Assembly: GCA_041576165.1 (NCBI GenBank)
Contig: JBFGLM010000010.1
Coordinates: 1 to 64,000, forward strand
Source: Acidimicrobiia bacterium
GTDB taxonomy: Bacteria > Actinomycetota > Acidimicrobiia > Spongiisociales > Spongiisociaceae
Direction: 5' to 3'
Length of the DNA: 64,000 nucleotides
Translations under genes and position numbers: made by a program
Part shown: in pieces, positions 29,215 to 39,755 of the stretch
How positions within the stretch are numbered: position 1 is the first letter of the stretch
How the letters are laid out: every line of letters starts with the position of its first letter
The notes under the pieces: generated by a model
Databases searched by the model: none
The model's input: the letters and a program-made list of their open reading frames with translations, nothing else
Told to the model about the DNA's origin: nothing

Positions 29215-30438
29215 TCAGCTGCCGGCCGGGGCCCGGCGGTTGAACACCCGGCGGACCCGGACCCACGTTGCTGCCACCAGCGCCATGCCGAACGCAGCCA
29301 CGCCGAACGCCACCCGCGGGCCGGGACCATCGGCGATGAACGAACCGGTGGGTGGACCGACCACCTGGGCCACCCGCACCACCGTCACCCAGGTCAGCAC
29401 GGTGACGCCCCGGTAGAGGTCGGTGCCGACCTCGGCCGCGAACGACTGGGCCACCGGGACGTACAGGCCGAACCCGAGTCCGGTCACGGCCAGGCCGGCA
29501 CCCACCGCCCAGGCGGCCGGAGCGGTGGCGGCGATGGCGGTCCCCGCCGCCATCAAAGAGAACGCCGTGGTCATGGTCGTGGTGGCGCCCAGCCGCGCCC
29601 GTATCTGAGCGATGCGGGCGGCCACGAGGATGACACCGAGCTGAAATGTGCCGACGATCACGCCTCGGATGCTCACCGGAACTCCGAACTCTTCGTCGAG
29701 GAAAAGGGGGGTGGCGGTCAATCCGAGCCCGTGCAGGATGAAGACTGCGGCCAGGGTGATCATCAGCAGGCCGACGAAATCCACCAGGGTGCCCGCTCGC
29801 CGCATGGTCGACACCGCGGTTCGCACATGGAGCGAAGGAGGGGCGGCGGCTACGGCGGGTGCGTCGCCCGGCATCCGGCTGGCCCACAGGGCCAACGGAT
29901 ATCCGACCAGGAAGATCAGGAAAGGGCGGAAGGTGCCGCCGGTCGCCAGCAGCCCGGCCGCTATCGGAGCGGCGACCCCAACTGCGGTGATCCCGGTGAT
30001 GTTGATGCCCATCGCCCGGGTCCTGGCTTCCCCCGTGAAGACATCTCCAATCAACACGATGCCCACGCCCAAGATCCCAGATGTCCCGATCCCCTGGAGG
30101 AAACGCACGACGACCAGCGCCCAATAGCTGCGCGTGAAGAACCCGGCCACGCCGAACGTGGCGAACAGCAGCAGGGCAATCAGGATGATCCGGCGCCGGC
30201 CGGACCGATCGGCCAGATATCCGATGTAGGCCGAGAACAGGACGCCCGGAATCGACACTGCCGCTTGCACCAGCCCGATCGATCCCCGGGACACTCCGAG
30301 AGCATCGGCCAGGTCCGGCAGGATCGGTGAGGTGGCGGCGAACCCGACGCTGCCCATTGCTCCCACCGCGATCGCGATCGCCAGTTGCTCGCTGGGTGAG
30401 CGGGCGGTGCCCAAAGGTCGGGTGACGTTAGAGGTCAC
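29215..30438 (-). CDS. MFS transporter
   Basis: GYLADRSGRR motif A, RFLQGIG, about 12 TM helices. Confidence 0.9.
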   Translation of the reverse strand: MTSNVTRPLGTARSPSEQLAIAIAVGAMGSVGFAATSPILPDLADALGVSRGSIGLVQAAVSIPGVLFSAYIGYLADRSGRRRIILIALLLFATFGVAGFFTRSYWALVVVRFLQGIGTSGILGVGIVLIGDVFTGEARTRAMGINITGITAVGVAAPIAAGLLATGGTFRPFLIFLVGYPLALWASRMPGDAPAVAAAPPSLHVRTAVSTMRRAGTLVDFVGLLMITLAAVFILHGLGLTATPLFLDEEFGVPVSIRGVIVGTFQLGVILVAARIAQIRARLGATTTMTTAFSLMAAGTAIAATAPAAWAVGAGLAVTGLGFGLYVPVAQSFAAEVGTDLYRGVTVLTWVTVVRVAQVVGPPTGSFIADGPGPRVAFGVAAFGMALVAATWVRVRRVFNRRAPAGS

Positions 30439-30496
30439 GTCAGCCCGACACCGTCGAGCCGGCCCTGGCGAACCTCACCTGAGGGCGGGGGCAGAA

Positions 30497-30515
30497 CTTC
30501 TACACAATGCATTCG
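30497..30515. promoter_or_regulatory. Shared operator site 2 (TACACAATGCA core)
   Basis: Divergent MFS/crotonase intergenic region; reverse complement reads TGCATTGTGTA. Confidence 0.5.
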
Positions 30516-30579
30516 ATATGATCTGGGCTCCCATCATGACACGCAGCGACCTGCGGAGCGACGCGAGGAGGAGAGAGGC

Positions 30580-31470
30580 GTGAGCAGTGACTACGAGGAC
30601 ATTGTCGTCGAACGGCGCAACGATGCGTTGTGGATCGGCATCAACCGGCCCGAGGTGCGGAATGCCTTCAGAGAGCAGACGCTCGATGCGATAGCCGACG
30701 CCTTGAACAGCACCCGGGAAGACCCGACGATCGTCGCGGCGGTCGTGTACGGAGTGGGCGGGCACTTCTCGGCCGGCGGAGATTTCCACGCGATGATGAA
30801 GCTCAACAAGGCAAACTCATACATGTGGAACGACCGCATGATGAAGGTTGCGATGACGTGCCGGAACCTGCCCATCCCGGTGATCGCCATGGTCGACGGC
30901 GCGTGCGTCGGTGGCGGCCACGAGCTGATGCTGTGGTGCGATCTCGTTATCGCTTCGGAGGACTCCATCTTCGGCCAGACCGGCGCCCGGGTCGGTGCCT
31001 GCCCCACGGTCGGGGCCACGCAGTACATCGGCATGCTCATCGGCGAGCGACGGGCCAAGGAGATGATCTTCCTGTGCAAGCGCTATTCGGGCAAGGAAGC
31101 AGCTGAGATCGGCCTCGCCAACATCTCGGTCCCGGCGGACGAGCTCCTCGACAAGACGGAGCAGATCGTCGCCGAGATCAAGGGCTACAGCAGCCAGACC
31201 ATACGTGCCACCAAGGTGTCGCTGAATTTCGGATCGGACATGCTCTATGCGTCGTGGCAGCACGGTATGGAACTGTTGGCGAACATTTGGGGGACCGAAG
31301 AGGCCGACGAGGGCATGACCGCGTTCCTCGAAGGTCGGAAAGCTGATTTTCACCAGTTCCGCGAGCGCAACAAGGAAAAGCTCGACTCGTACATGCACAC
31401 GTATGACGAGGGACTCAATCAGTCCGAGAAATCCCGAGCGGCTCGGTCCAACGAGGCCGCCTCCGCGTGA
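30580..31470 (+). CDS. Crotonase-superfamily enzyme, MenB/BadI-like
   Basis: INRPEVRNAF, FSAGGD, VGGGHEL, FGQTGARVG. Confidence 0.82.
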   Translation: MSSDYEDIVVERRNDALWIGINRPEVRNAFREQTLDAIADALNSTREDPTIVAAVVYGVGGHFSAGGDFHAMMKLNKANSYMWNDRMMKVAMTCRNLPIPVIAMVDGACVGGGHELMLWCDLVIASEDSIFGQTGARVGACPTVGATQYIGMLIGERRAKEMIFLCKRYSGKEAAEIGLANISVPADELLDKTEQIVAEIKGYSSQTIRATKVSLNFGSDMLYASWQHGMELLANIWGTEEADEGMTAFLEGRKADFHQFRERNKEKLDSYMHTYDEGLNQSEKSRAARSNEAASA

Positions 31471-32693
31471 CCACAGGAGCCCTCAGCGGCCTGCGGGTGA
31501 TCGACCTCACTCGGGTTCTGGCGGGCCCGCTGTGCGCGATGTGGTTGGGCGACATGGGGGCCGATGTCATCAAGGTCGAGCGTCCCGGCAAGGGCGACGA
31601 CACCCGGACGTGGGGCCCGCCGTTCGCGGAAGGTGAATCTGCGTACTTCCTGGCGGTCAATCGCAACAAGCGAAGCGTGGCGATAGATCTTCAGGCCGAG
31701 GCCGGCCGCCACCTGTTGCAGCAGCTGATCCTGGAAGCAGACGTCGTGGTCGACAACTTCAAACTCGGGACGCTGGATCGCTGGGGCCTGTCGGAAGCCT
31801 GGTTCGAGGCCAACGCCCCCGGCGTCGTGCGGTGCACCATCGGCGGATACGGATCTTCCGGCCCCAAGGCGGGGATGCCGGGCTACGACTTCATTCTCCA
31901 AGCCGAGAGCGGCCTGATGGCCATCACGGGCGAGGCGGATGGCGAGCCCATGAAGCTCGGTGTAGCGATCGTCGATGTGTGTACCGGCATGCTCGCCACC
32001 ATCTCGATTCTCGGCGCCTTGCAGGCCCGCCAGCGCACTGGTCGGGGCCAGCGCACCGAGGTCACCCTGCACGACACGGGTCTGCAGATGCTGGCGAACG
32101 TGGCGTCCAACACGCTGGTCTCCGGGGAAGATGCCGCCCGGTTCGGCAACGGGCACCCCAACATCGTGCCCTACCGCACCTACCCCACGGCGGACGGCGA
32201 GCTGGCGGTGTCGGTTGGTAACGATGTCCAGTTTGCCCGCTTCGCCGAACTGGTCGGACACCCGGAGTGGGCATCCGACAACCGCTTCGCCCGCAACCGG
32301 GACCGGGTGGCGAACCGCGAGCTCATCGACGACCTGATCGCGGAGGTGATGCGCGCCAAGACCAGGTCCGAATGGCAGGAGCTACTCGCTCCGGCAGGGA
32401 TACCGGCCGGGCCGATCAACTCGGTGTCCGAGGCGCTCGGCAGCGAACAAGCCCGGGCTCGTGACATGGTGACGGAGGTCGAGCACCCGACGGTCGGCAG
32501 GTTGCCGCTGATAGGAATCCCATTCCGTATGTTCGGAACACCGGCAACCATCCGGCGTCCACCGCCGCTGCTCGGCGAGCACACCGACGAAGTACTGGAA
32601 GAGGTTCTGGAGCTGGACGCCGGCGCAATAGCGCAGCTGAACGAGTCGGGCGTAATCGGCTCGCAACCGGCTGTGGCGAGGGGAGGATCATGA
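31467..32693 (+). CDS. Family III CoA transferase (CaiB/BaiF)
   Basis: RVIDLTRVLAGP, GADVIKVE, NRNKRS, GYD, PPLLGEHT. Confidence 0.92.
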   Translation: MTTGALSGLRVIDLTRVLAGPLCAMWLGDMGADVIKVERPGKGDDTRTWGPPFAEGESAYFLAVNRNKRSVAIDLQAEAGRHLLQQLILEADVVVDNFKLGTLDRWGLSEAWFEANAPGVVRCTIGGYGSSGPKAGMPGYDFILQAESGLMAITGEADGEPMKLGVAIVDVCTGMLATISILGALQARQRTGRGQRTEVTLHDTGLQMLANVASNTLVSGEDAARFGNGHPNIVPYRTYPTADGELAVSVGNDVQFARFAELVGHPEWASDNRFARNRDRVANRELIDDLIAEVMRAKTRSEWQELLAPAGIPAGPINSVSEALGSEQARARDMVTEVEHPTVGRLPLIGIPFRMFGTPATIRRPPPLLGEHTDEVLEEVLELDAGAIAQLNESGVIGSQPAVARGGS

Positions 32694-33754
32694 CAAACGA
32701 ATGGTGGCCGGAACTGGGCCCGGTATGGGAGCCGTCGAAGGCCGCAAAGCCCGCATATCCCACCGTCGACGTACACACCCACCTGATTGTGGATGCGAGC
32801 AACGATCTCGCCCAGCCGTTCTTCAAACCGGAGATGGATCCCCGGACCTTCTTCTCTCCGGAAGAAAGCAAGCGCTACAACCAGGAATTCCGCAGCCAGC
32901 CGCACATCGCGGCCAAGTTCCGAGAACCCGAAGCCCGCATCGAGGACATGGATCTCCAGGGCGTCGACATGCAGGTCATCTCGATCGCTCCGCCGCAGTA
33001 CTTCTACTGGCTCGATGCCGAGAACGCCGAGAAGGCCATTCGGGCCCAGCACGAGCGATTCGCAGACATCGTTCGCATGTACCCGGACCGGTTTGTGGCC
33101 GTCGCCAACCTGCCGATGGACCATCCCGATCTGGCGGTCGAGATCATGAAAGAGGCCAAGAACGATTACGGCTTCAACGGTTTCGAGATCAACGGCGACG
33201 TCAACGGCGGCGACTACGACGACCGCCGCTACGACCCGATCTGGGCGGCGGCGGAGGAACTGGAGATGACGATCATCCTCCACCCGCAGGGATTCACCCA
33301 CGGCCAGCGGATGGACGACTACTACCTCATCAACGTGATCTGTATGCCCTTGGCGTCGACTGTCGCCGTCTCACGGATGATCCTCGGTGGCGTTTGGCAT
33401 CGCCACCCCGACCTCAAGATGGTGGTCGTGCACGGCGGTGGCTATCTGCCGTTCTACCATGCCCGCAGTGACCATGCCTACGGTGTGCGCCCCGAGATGC
33501 GTAAGCACATCGACCGCCCTCCGAGCGAGTATCTGCACAAGCTGTATTTCGACACGACGGTGTTCAAACCGGAGATGATCCGCTACCTGGTCGACGAGTT
33601 CGGAGCCGACCACGTACTCATGGGGACGGACTACCCGTTCGACATGGGTCCCACCGATCCGCTCGCCTTCCTGGCGGACGTCCCGCTCACCGAGCACGAG
33701 CGCCGCCTGATCCTGGGCGGCAACGCGGCCCGGCTGTTCAAGATTTCGCTCTGA
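32690..33754 (+). CDS. Amidohydrolase_2 family protein
   Basis: VDVHTH, LHP, HGGGYLP, GTDYPFDM. Confidence 0.88.
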   Translation: MTNEWWPELGPVWEPSKAAKPAYPTVDVHTHLIVDASNDLAQPFFKPEMDPRTFFSPEESKRYNQEFRSQPHIAAKFREPEARIEDMDLQGVDMQVISIAPPQYFYWLDAENAEKAIRAQHERFADIVRMYPDRFVAVANLPMDHPDLAVEIMKEAKNDYGFNGFEINGDVNGGDYDDRRYDPIWAAAEELEMTIILHPQGFTHGQRMDDYYLINVICMPLASTVAVSRMILGGVWHRHPDLKMVVVHGGGYLPFYHARSDHAYGVRPEMRKHIDRPPSEYLHKLYFDTTVFKPEMIRYLVDEFGADHVLMGTDYPFDMGPTDPLAFLADVPLTEHERRLILGGNAARLFKISL

Positions 33755-34269
33755 TGGCCCGGCTGCGACTGATAACCGACAAGGAGGGCCTGGACGTCCG
33801 CCAGACCGAGACCTTCGACTGGATCGTAGAGAGCCGCGGCCGGATGATCCGCCCCTACGAGGTCCTGCTCCATGCCCCGGAGCTGGCCCGTCCCGCCGCC
33901 GAACTCGGCCATCTGATCCGGTTCGAAGGCACACTTTGCGACCGGGACCGGGAACTGGCAATTATCACCGTAGGCAAGGCGCACGACTGCCAGTTCGAGT
34001 GGGACAGCCATATCGATCTGGCACGAGCGGCCGGCGTGAGCCCGGCCGCGGAAACGGTCCTGACGGGCGGGCGAGCTGAGCTGGATGATGAAGAGGCGCT
34101 GATCATCGGCTTCGTCCAGGAACTGTGCTCCCGCAGCCGGGTGTCGGACGAGACCTACGCGTCCGCCGAAGCGGTTCTGGGCACCCCGGCGGTCGTCGAA
34201 CTCACGGCGTTGGTCGGCTACTACACGATGCTCAGCTACGTGATGGCGGTAGCGGACGCCTGCTCGTGA
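33754..34269 (+). CDS. Carboxymuconolactone decarboxylase (CMD/AhpD-like) family protein
   Basis: LLHAPELA, RELAIITV, FEWDSH, VELTALVGYYTM. Confidence 0.82.
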   Translation: MARLRLITDKEGLDVRQTETFDWIVESRGRMIRPYEVLLHAPELARPAAELGHLIRFEGTLCDRDRELAIITVGKAHDCQFEWDSHIDLARAAGVSPAAETVLTGGRAELDDEEALIIGFVQELCSRSRVSDETYASAEAVLGTPAVVELTALVGYYTMLSYVMAVADACS

Positions 34270-35285
34270 GACGGCGGCCGGGTACCACCAGCACCGACAT
34301 TCACGCCCACATCGCGCCGGGTGACGCGTTGGCAGATATGCGCGTCATTCACCCGCCGGCGGTACCGGACATCGGACGAGATGGGGAGTTCGTCTATTTC
34401 CGATTCCCCGACGGTGTCGTGAACGGGCCGGTCCCTCGGGGCATCGTCGACGTGGAGGCCCGGCTCAACGACATGGCCAGGATGGGGGTTGACCACCAGA
34501 TCCTCAGCATCCGTCCCCGGCCCTTCACCTACGATCTGCCCGCGGAGCTGGCGGCCGGGCTTGCGGCGCGGGCCAACGAGAACATCGTGGCGGTCGCGAA
34601 ATCCCGGCCGGATGCGTTCTCGGTGATGATCAGTCTGCCGATGCAGTCCGCTGACGCCTCCATTGCCGAGATCGCGCGGTGGGCTCCCGACCGATTGGTG
34701 CGGGGCGCGCTCTTGGATTCGAACCTCGCCGGACGCGACTTTGCGGACCCGGCCTTCGATCCTGTCTGGGCGGCGCTCGAGGCGGCAGATCTGCCGATCC
34801 TGGTGCATCCCTATCAGGCAGATGTTGTGGGACGGCACCGGCTGAGCCGGCACTACCTGTTCAACCTGATCGGCAATCCGGCCGACACCACGATCGCCAT
34901 TGGCCAGGTGATCTTCGGCGGTCTTCTGGACCGCTACCCCAATCTGCGGTGGGCATTTGTCCACGGCGGCGGTGTGGCGCCCTATCTGCTCGGCCGGTGG
35001 GATCATGGTTGGGCCCGGCGGCCGGTCAGCCGTGAAGATATCCCACACACCCAGCCATCCACGCTCTTCCGGCGGTTGTGGTTCGACTGTCTGGTTCACG
35101 ATCCGCGGAGTTTGCGCTATCTGGCGGAGGTAGTTGGATGGGATCGAATCATGCTCGGGACCGACTACCCCTTTGACATGGGCCTGGATGAGCCTCTCGA
35201 GTTCATCGGCCGGGTTGCGCTTTCCGACATCGAACGAAAAGCATTGCTGAGCAACAACGCCGTTGAGTTTCTGCGACCAAGATGA
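34266..35285 (+). CDS. Amidohydrolase_2 family protein
   Basis: TDIHAH, LVHP, NLIGNP, HGGG, GTDYPFDM; GTGA coupling with the upstream gene. Confidence 0.87.
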   Translation: MRRRPGTTSTDIHAHIAPGDALADMRVIHPPAVPDIGRDGEFVYFRFPDGVVNGPVPRGIVDVEARLNDMARMGVDHQILSIRPRPFTYDLPAELAAGLAARANENIVAVAKSRPDAFSVMISLPMQSADASIAEIARWAPDRLVRGALLDSNLAGRDFADPAFDPVWAALEAADLPILVHPYQADVVGRHRLSRHYLFNLIGNPADTTIAIGQVIFGGLLDRYPNLRWAFVHGGGVAPYLLGRWDHGWARRPVSREDIPHTQPSTLFRRLWFDCLVHDPRSLRYLAEVVGWDRIMLGTDYPFDMGLDEPLEFIGRVALSDIERKALLSNNAVEFLRPR

Positions 35286-36265
35286 CTCCGCTGTCGAACA
35301 TTCGCGCATACCGGAGCGCAGGTTTGCTGCCGGCGCTCTTGGCGGCAGTGGTGGTCGGTGTCGCCTGCTCGTCGCCTCCCGACACGGTGGCGACCATCGA
35401 CGGCATACACATCGAGCGACACCGACTCGAGGCCCTCCACCCGGCCGAATACGAACTGGTCCCCGATGAGACCGCGTCCAGCCTGCTGCTGCTGATGATC
35501 CATGATGTGTTCATCGCGGCCGCGGAGGCTGACCTCGGAATCACCGTTCCCCGGGAGCTCGCCGACTCGGCGTTTGCTGCCCGGACGCAGAGTGCCGGCA
35601 ACATCGGGGAGCTCGACGCTGTTCTCGCCAACCGGGGTGAGACCGTCAGGCGTGTCCGCCTCGAGGCTGACCTCGATGCGCTCCGTGAGCTGGTCGGACC
35701 GGCACTGGTCCGACGCGAGGTTGACGGCTTCGACATCGATGCCGCCTACGAGAGCTACCTGCTGGAGGAAGCGCATGTCTGTGTTCGCCAGATCCAGCTG
35801 GACAGCACAGCCGACATCGGAATGATCATCGAGCGGGCAAACGGCGGCGAATCGTTTTCCGCACTCGCCCGAGAGTTCTCTACGGACCGCCTGGCGCAGC
35901 GTCCGGAAGGTGAATCAGGCGCGGGCGGCGACATGGGATGCAGTTATCCCAATGCCTTCGGACTCGGCCTGGCCCAAGCCGCCCTCGACACGGCTATCCC
36001 GGTGGGCGAGGCGTTCGGGCCGGTGATCGGCAGCCGCGGGTTGCATGTGATGGTTGTGTACGAACGCGAGATCGCCAACCTGGCGGACGTGCGGCAGGCG
36101 GTGATCGCGGCCGCCGAGGGCGTGCAGGGACCGGATCTCTTCATCCAATGGGGCCTGGAGATATTGCGCCAAGCCGACGTTTCGATCCACGAGAACTACG
36201 GGACCTGGGAACCGGCGCCCGGGACGAACGGCGTCCCCACCGTCGTGCCGCCCGAGCAGGATTGA
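35282..36265 (+). CDS. PrsA/SurA-like parvulin peptidyl-prolyl isomerase lipoprotein
   Basis: Lipobox VGVAC, GESFSALAREFSTD, GGDMG, GPV...GLHVM. Confidence 0.78.
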   Translation: MTPLSNIRAYRSAGLLPALLAAVVVGVACSSPPDTVATIDGIHIERHRLEALHPAEYELVPDETASSLLLLMIHDVFIAAAEADLGITVPRELADSAFAARTQSAGNIGELDAVLANRGETVRRVRLEADLDALRELVGPALVRREVDGFDIDAAYESYLLEEAHVCVRQIQLDSTADIGMIIERANGGESFSALAREFSTDRLAQRPEGESGAGGDMGCSYPNAFGLGLAQAALDTAIPVGEAFGPVIGSRGLHVMVVYEREIANLADVRQAVIAAAEGVQGPDLFIQWGLEILRQADVSIHENYGTWEPAPGTNGVPTVVPPEQD

Positions 36266-36312
36266 CAGGTGGCCGTCAGCTGATAGTCAGGTCCCGGAAC
36301 GATCATGCAGAT

Positions 36313-37284
36313 ATGCACGAGCACAACGCAGCAATCGCAGGAGTGGTCTGCGAGGGCCTGACCGTCCGGTACGGGACGCTGGTGGCGGTTGACGCCGTGT
36401 CCCTCCAGGTGCAGCGGGGCGAAGTCTTTGGGCTGCTGGGCCCCAACGGGGCGGGGAAAACGTCCGTCATCAGGGCCCTGACCACGATCATCCAGCCGGC
36501 CGGCGGCACCGCTCTAGTGGCGGGTGCCCGGCTCGACCAGCCGGGGGAAGTCCGGCAGCGGATCGGGGTCCTCCCTGAGAGCAACGGCTATCCCAACAGT
36601 CAAACGGCCGCGGACTATTTGACCTTCTACGCGATGCTCTTTGGGGTTTCCCGGGTTGAAGCGGCTCGGCGCGCCGAAGAAGGGTTGTCCGACGTGGGGC
36701 TGGCTGACCGGGCCCGGCAGCGGATCGCAACGTTCAGCCGGGGGATGCGCCAGCGCCTCGGACTCGCCCGCGCGATGGTCAGCAAACCTCAAGTGATGTT
36801 CTTGGATGAGCCGACGCTCGGACTCGATCCGGCCGGGCGCGAGGACATCCTGCATCACCTGACGTCGATCGCTGCGCGAGGCGAGACCACGATTCTGCTG
36901 TGCAGCCACCTACTGGACGATGTTGAGCGTATCTGCGATCGGGTGGCGATTCTGCACCAAGGTCGCATCGTGAGCGCAGGGTCTGTGGCCGATGTCGTAC
37001 ACCATGCTGCTGTAGGAACCACGGCCCGTTTGACGGTCGACCCCCGTGACGCGCATGCCGCCCAGCAGGCCGCTTCGGCTGCTCCATTCGTCCTGGCTGC
37101 GGACCTGCATCCCACGCGGCGGGATGAGGTCGTCGTTCACCTCCGCGACTCGGCCGGGTCGGCCAACGCGCTGGCATCCGTCATGGTTCGCCACGAAATC
37201 CCGTTTCGCTCGATCGAGCTACGCGGGGCCCGACTCAGTGATGCGTTCCTGGCCTTTACCGGCGGGGCGAAGGAAACGATATGA
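36313..37284 (+). CDS. ABC exporter ATP-binding protein
   Basis: GPNGAGKT, FSRGMRQRL, FLDEPT, H-loop. Confidence 0.92.
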   Translation: MHEHNAAIAGVVCEGLTVRYGTLVAVDAVSLQVQRGEVFGLLGPNGAGKTSVIRALTTIIQPAGGTALVAGARLDQPGEVRQRIGVLPESNGYPNSQTAADYLTFYAMLFGVSRVEAARRAEEGLSDVGLADRARQRIATFSRGMRQRLGLARAMVSKPQVMFLDEPTLGLDPAGREDILHHLTSIAARGETTILLCSHLLDDVERICDRVAILHQGRIVSAGSVADVVHHAAVGTTARLTVDPRDAHAAQQAASAAPFVLAADLHPTRRDEVVVHLRDSAGSANALASVMVRHEIPFRSIELRGARLSDAFLAFTGGAKETI

Positions 37285-38078
37285 CGGTACGGCAGGTCGA
37301 AGGGGCGATGGCCTGGCGAAGCGGCGGGGTCGTATTACGCCAAGAGCTGAAGGAGTTATGGGGGAGCTTGAAGGGCCTCACGGTGCTGCTGGCCTACACG
37401 GTGTTGCTGAGCGTGATGTCCTATGTCGCGGCCAGTGACGCACAGCTCAACTTGCTGGATGCGAGGGAGTCTGTCGGCATCATCGTGCAGGTTGCGCTCG
37501 GACTCGGTGCGCTCGCTGCGCTCGTGGTCGGCGCCGACGCCATCTCGGGGGAGCGGGAGCGGGGGACGCTCGAGGCTCTGCTGGTGACCCCGGTACCTCG
37601 CCGGAGCCTGGTGATCGGCAAGCTCCTGGCCGCCAACACGATGTGGTTCGCGGCGCTGGTAGTGGCGCTGCCGTATGTCTTCGTTCTGGCCTCAGGACCG
37701 GGCGTGGCGGCGGATGCCCTCGCCGTGCTGATCCTGGTCGGATCGCTCGTTTCGGTCGCGCTGGCAGCGCTGGGCTTGGCGGTGAGCGCCATCTCGAAGT
37801 CAAACCGCGTCAGCCTCGCCGCCAGCATCGGGGTGCTGCTGGTGCTGGCCGCCCCCAGCCAGCTGCCGGCCGTGACTGCCAACGGGGTGCTCGGGTCGAT
37901 TCTGATCCGGGCGAATCCGGTCAGCGCCGGTCTGAAGCTGGCAAGCGAGGTGCTCATCTCGCAGAAGTCGTGGGCGTCGCAATGGACGCTGCTGATCTCG
38001 CCTGCGATAGCTGCGGTCGTGCTCACCCTGGTAGCGATCGCCATGTCCCGGCGGGTGGAGCTGGGGGGTGCCCGATGA
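37281..38078 (+). CDS. ABC-2 type permease
   Basis: DAISGERERGTLEALLVTPV; six TM helices. Confidence 0.88.
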   Translation: MTVRQVEGAMAWRSGGVVLRQELKELWGSLKGLTVLLAYTVLLSVMSYVAASDAQLNLLDARESVGIIVQVALGLGALAALVVGADAISGERERGTLEALLVTPVPRRSLVIGKLLAANTMWFAALVVALPYVFVLASGPGVAADALAVLILVGSLVSVALAALGLAVSAISKSNRVSLAASIGVLLVLAAPSQLPAVTANGVLGSILIRANPVSAGLKLASEVLISQKSWASQWTLLISPAIAAVVLTLVAIAMSRRVELGGAR

Positions 38079-38608
38079 AACACGTCGCAGCGATGACGGT
38101 CTGGACGGTCGTGATACTCGGCCTCGCTCCACCCGTTGGAGCACAGAGTGACGACCCGCTGAGCGTGGTCATCAACCCGGCCGGGGTGGAATCGAGGCTG
38201 GGCGACACGATCGAAGTGGAGGTGGTCGTCACCAACCAAACGGCCAGGCCGATCAGCGACGTCGCCGTGCACCTGGACATCACGGATCCCAGCACGGAGG
38301 GCTCGGTCGATCCGGAGGATTGGACTGCGACACTCACACAACCGGCCGGGACAGTGGAGCCGGGCCAGTCCGTCACCCTTCAGTGGTCACTACAGCCGAT
38401 CAGCGGTGGACGGTTCACAGCTTATGCAGTGGCGCTTCATCCGGCGTCGTCAGGGGTCGCGGCATCGAACGCAGCGACGATCACGGTGGCCGAGCAACGC
38501 GCACTCAATCCCGAAGGGGTGCTGCCCATCGCCATCGGCGGTCCCGTGTTGATCGGCGGTTTGCTGGTACTGCGGTGGCGGGCGCGCCGCACTGCCACAG
38601 CGGTCTGA
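38075..38608 (+). CDS. Secreted CARDB/Ig-like membrane-anchored protein
   Basis: Signal peptide, beta-sandwich pattern, C-terminal TM; ATGA coupling. Confidence 0.65.
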   Translation: MKHVAAMTVWTVVILGLAPPVGAQSDDPLSVVINPAGVESRLGDTIEVEVVVTNQTARPISDVAVHLDITDPSTEGSVDPEDWTATLTQPAGTVEPGQSVTLQWSLQPISGGRFTAYAVALHPASSGVAASNAATITVAEQRALNPEGVLPIAIGGPVLIGGLLVLRWRARRTATAV

Positions 38609-38762
38609 GGGCGATTTCTCCAGCCGGCTCAGCTGAGGTGCGGCGACGACCGATCAGCCGTGGGTATCAGCGACCAGTCCTTTCCGTGATCGACGGTGCC
38701 CAAAAGGTTCCATGATGCGGCGCCGGATCGGCGATGATGAGGCCCGGAATCGCGGGTCGGTC

Positions 38763-39755
38763 TCAGCGCCCGGTCAGCAACTCGGCCACGTCCACCGGGC
38801 AGCCACCACCCGCGGCCGATTCCACTATCGCTTCCATCACTGCGACGACGGCCAGTGCAGCTTCGCCGTCGGTCTCGGGTGGTTCGCCGGTGCGGATGCT
38901 GTTCACAAACGCGGCGATGTTGGCGGCCACGCCGTCGACCGGTTCGATGGGACGCTCGACCCAGGTGTCGTCCGGTAGGGACGCCGTGAACAACCGCCGG
39001 CCGTCGTCTTCGCTGCGGGCGGCGGCCATCGTCCCGAATACAGCGACGGTGGCCACGGTTGGGGTGCGCAGCGAGGTTCGCAGCGTGCCCTGGACGTTTG
39101 ATTCGAAGTCCAGCAGCACGCTGGTTGCGTCGTCCAGGCTGGAACCAGGGAGGGTGTTGGTGCTCATCGCCCACAGCCTGCGCAGCGGGCCGGCCAGGTA
39201 CAAGAGATCATCGGCGGTGTGCACTCCCAGCGCAGTCATCGCCCCCGCCGGTGCCTCGTCCGGCTCGTCCCGCCACGGACGATTCGGATCTGGTCCGAAC
39301 GGCTTGGAGAAATGCCCGTCGACTTGGAGCAGCACGCCGAGGTCGCCCGCATCCAGCATGGCCTTGATCCGGCGAATCGGCGCGAATCGGCGCCGGTAGT
39401 GCGCCACCTGGAGCAGCACCTCCGCGGCCGCCGCTGCATCGACCGCCCGGCGGCCCTCCGCCACGGTCAGCGAAAGCGGTTTCTCACACATCACGTGGGT
39501 TCCGGTCGCGGCCGCCGCCTCGACGAGCGCCACGTGCGTTGAGTGCGGCGTGGCGATCAGCACGCCGTCGACCCGGTCGAACAACTCATCGAGAGAGGTG
39601 GCCGGCACACAGCCGGTATGCGCGGCAAAGGCCTCGCGAGTAGCCGGGGTGCGGGCGAAGCACGCACTCAACTCGGCTCCCTCGATCGATTCGATGGCCC
39701 GGGTCAGGCGCTTGGCCCAGTTTCCCAGGCCGACCAGGCCCAGACGGGTGGTCAT
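38763..39755 (-). CDS. Gfo/Idh/MocA family oxidoreductase
   Basis: GLVGLGNW, ATPHSTH, CEKP. Confidence 0.88.
   Translation of the reverse strand: MTTRLGLVGLGNWAKRLTRAIESIEGAELSACFARTPATREAFAAHTGCVPATSLDELFDRVDGVLIATPHSTHVALVEAAAATGTHVMCEKPLSLTVAEGRRAVDAAAAAEVLLQVAHYRRRFAPIRRIKAMLDAGDLGVLLQVDGHFSKPFGPDPNRPWRDEPDEAPAGAMTALGVHTADDLLYLAGPLRRLWAMSTNTLPGSSLDDATSVLLDFESNVQGTLRTSLRTPTVATVAVFGTMAAARSEDDGRRLFTASLPDDTWVERPIEPVDGVAANIAAFVNSIRTGEPPETDGEAALAVVAVMEAIVESAAGGGCPVDVAELLTGR

Noticed and set aside
30580-31470. Assigning menB
   Set aside because: It lacks the GSFD motif and has no menaquinone gene context.
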